64,000 bases of DNA from Felis catus (Eukaryota). The notes under the pieces were generated by a model. It saw only the letters and a list, made by a program, of their open reading frames with translations, was not told where the DNA came from and did not search any database. This document shows positions 59,870 to 64,000 of this stretch, piece by piece. Each line of letters opens with the position of its first letter. The stretch's first letter is position 1. Position numbers and translations under genes: made by a program. The stretch is taken from contig NC_058369.1 in NCBI RefSeq assembly GCF_018350175.1, positions 12,958,001 to 13,022,000 on the forward strand, given 5' to 3'.

Positions 59870-60793
59870 CACTCTCCTTTTTTTAAAGAAAACTCACATC
59901 CGGAGCATTTTATTAAGTCAAGCAACAAAAGTTCTGCAGGGTTCCCTGCAGGTGATATACCCGTATGTACACCTGTATTCCCATAATGAACCCTGGGCTC
60001 GCATCTCACAAAGAAATATTTTAAGTATATCTTCTAAACTTCTGTTGCTCTGTCGCAGGAATGAGAGTGAGGCAATCATAGCAAATGCCTTGTTTTTCAT
60101 TCAGCTGGAAATTATTTTCTTCCAGTAAAACAGGTTGCTTAGCGATCTCATGTGTGATTCAGCACCGAACCTGCAGCCCCATCAACACATTTTCCAAGAT
60201 TAGAACAAAACAGAAGATGTCAGGAGTCTCTTTAAAGAGACTTGATGATTTGATTCCTTTACCCGCAAGCGTGGGTGAGAGACTGTTGAGCTAAGAAAAA
60301 TTATTACAAGTCAGGGAAGGAAAGCCAGTGCGGCACATTCTTTCTTTTTGCTCTGCTTCCTGTTTTGGGATTTACAACTGCATTTCTGGTTTATAAAGCA
60401 GTTTGTTTGTTTTTTTTACTTAAGGCATTCTTGAGCTGGAGGTTCTGATATTTATGAGCAAATGGATTTTGCTAAGACCAACCTGTGAAACACTATCTCT
60501 AGAAAACCACCAAGGACATGATACTTTTGTTCAAACCAGACGTCGAAAAGCTGATGAATCCAAAAGGGTTCTGAAGGCAACTACTGCTCGTGGACCACCC
60601 TCCCCCCCACTGGAGTCAGATGCTTTCATGGGCTTTTGCGGGGATTCACCCTGAATGCCCTCAGCGATTCTCTAAGGTGGGGACGGTACACGTCCCCACT
60701 TTACCGGTGAGAAAACCGGGACGCAAGGGAGTCTGCCGAAGGTCCCAGAGCAAGAAAGTGTGTCAGACAAAGCCACCCCAGCCTGGGGCTCTA

Positions 60794-61390
<597 letters not shown>

Positions 61391-62971
61391 ACATCCAGCA
61401 CTCACGGAGCAGCTATTCTGCGGGGACCCTTGTTAGACACCTGCCTTCCGTTGTTTTACAGACCACAAACTTATTTGGGACACGAAGAGACGGAGCTCAA
61501 CTTGCCATCAGAGGGGACAGAAACGGGGATTCCCGAGGGCTGAGGCGGACCGAGGACTTAGTTTTGCGCCTGGCACTGGGCTGAGTGCTTCGCCGTGTGC
61601 GTTCTTCCTTCCCCACTCCTCGAGGCTTAGGAAAGCCTCTGCCATCACTCACCTCCCACCGACACAGTGGAAGTGGCCTCCTCTCTGCTCTCACCTTTTT
61701 TGCACAGTGGCTGGAGGGGGTGATTTCAAACCTAAGTCAGGTCACATGCCCCTCCTTGCTCACAACTCTCTCAGGCAGAGCAAACCCCCAAAGTCTGCAC
61801 CACAGCACAGAAGCCCAGGATGGTCTATTTCCTCTGATTTCCTTACCCTTATCTCCCTCATCTCTCCCTCCAGCCACACCAATCACCTCAAGCTCATTCC
61901 TGCCCCAGGGCCTTTGCACATGCTGCCCCTCCTCCCCCTCATCACAGTCCTCCAGATCCGCTGCCTCTTTTCCTCTTTCAAGTCTCAGCGCAAGCCTCCC
62001 CGGATGGTCCCACACTTACCCTTTCCGCTTCCACCACATCACCCCATTTTCTTCCTTTCCCAGCATTCAGCCTCACTTCACATTTCTGATCTGGCTTGTC
62101 TCTATGGTCTACCCCACCAGGGCCGGTCTGGGTCCACCTGGTTCCTGCTGTGTCCTCTATTTCCAGTGCTGGGTCAGCCCCCTGCAGGTGCCCAATACAT
62201 ATTGGTCCACTGACTCCCTGAGCTATCGAATGAATAGGTCTACTCCAAATGGTGGACGTTCCCATCTGCTCAAATCCATGGAATCCTGGACCAATGATTC
62301 TGGCTCTCCTCCCCGGGGCATCCTGGAGGGAAACACTTGGATGTGGGGCCGCCGAGTCCTTGACTCAAGGAAGGTCCCTCACTCTACATTCACTGCCTGC
62401 CCCCCGCGCCCCCCCCCCTCCCCAGGGTTCATGTTCCGGAGCTCAGATGCCCGAGCCAGGGCACAGGCTCTGTCTCTATCAGAATCAAATTCAAATCCAG
62501 TCCGCCCACTTCCAAATCAGGCAGCCCAGAGAGCTCAGCCGACCCTGTCCCCCCTGTCGGAGCCGCAGTTACAAAGGGAGGCAGTAACGTTCAGCCGCCG
62601 CGGGGCGAAGGGGGTGGGGGGGACTTCACTGAGCTAATCCTTGGAAAGCAAGAAGCACGAAGAGTTTGGGGAGCTAGCTGACCCTGGGCCCTCTATGAGC
62701 CTCAGTTTCCACCTCTGTAAAATTAGCACCTGCGGTAAATTTTCAACTACTATAGGATGGAGGGAGGGAGAGGTGATAGAAGTTGGGGATGGAGACAGAG
62801 GGGAGGAAGGCAGGGAGGGATGGAAGAAAGGAGAAGGGGAGAGGGGATAAGGGAAGATCCACTCCCCCCCCCAATCCCCCCCCCCCGCGCAACCTGAGGC
62901 CCAGAGAGGGGCGGCGGCTCGCGGGCTCGCCCAGCCCCCAGCCGGGCGTCGGGGTGGAGGGGCTTGTCCTA

Positions 62972-63748
<777 letters not shown>

Positions 63749-64000
63749 TTAAATCATTCACTTTTTAAAATTCTTTTCTAACGTTTATTCATTTTTGAGA
63801 GACAGAGGGTGAGTGGAGGAGGGGCAGAGAGAGAGGGAGACATAGGATCCGAAGCAGGCTCCCTGCTCTGAGCTGTCAGCACAGGGCCCGGCGAGGGGGG
63901 GGGGGGCTCAAACCCACCAACCCTGAGATCATGACCTGAGCCACCCAGGCGCCCCTTAAATAATTCACCTTGATATTTGGTCTCTTACCTGCAGTTGGCT

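Noticed and set aside
61585-62637. 350-aa plus-strand ORF
   Set aside because: Low-complexity Ser/Pro/Leu translation of intronic L2/MIR-like DNA antisense to TMEM221; non-ATG start; no recognisable domain

Overview
A GC-rich, SINE-dense felid (cat-family) genomic window orthologous to the mammalian tetherin locus (human 19p13.11). Minus strand: PLVAP (coding exons 1-5; last exon off the left edge), CCDC194, BST2/tetherin and TMEM221. Plus strand: MVB12A (9 exons, 273 aa). All exon boundaries were read by hand and keep frame. The intergenic DNA carries about 40 carnivore tRNA-derived CAN-SINEs, L1/MIR/MER20/MLT fragments, an LTR cluster with a large inverted repeat upstream of CCDC194, a young class II solo LTR with a 6-bp TSD, and a degenerate ~8.2-kb class III provirus with an env remnant between BST2 and MVB12A. 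Best novel candidate: the CCDC194 stop codon lies inside a consensus splice donor, and an exon 4.7 kb downstream would add a hydrophobic GPI-signal-like tail, giving this gene a full tetherin-like architecture. BST2 has lost its ancestral ATG and has a SINE inserted at its poly(A) signal. There are two N gaps. Gene and repeat-family names come from recall, not database searches.
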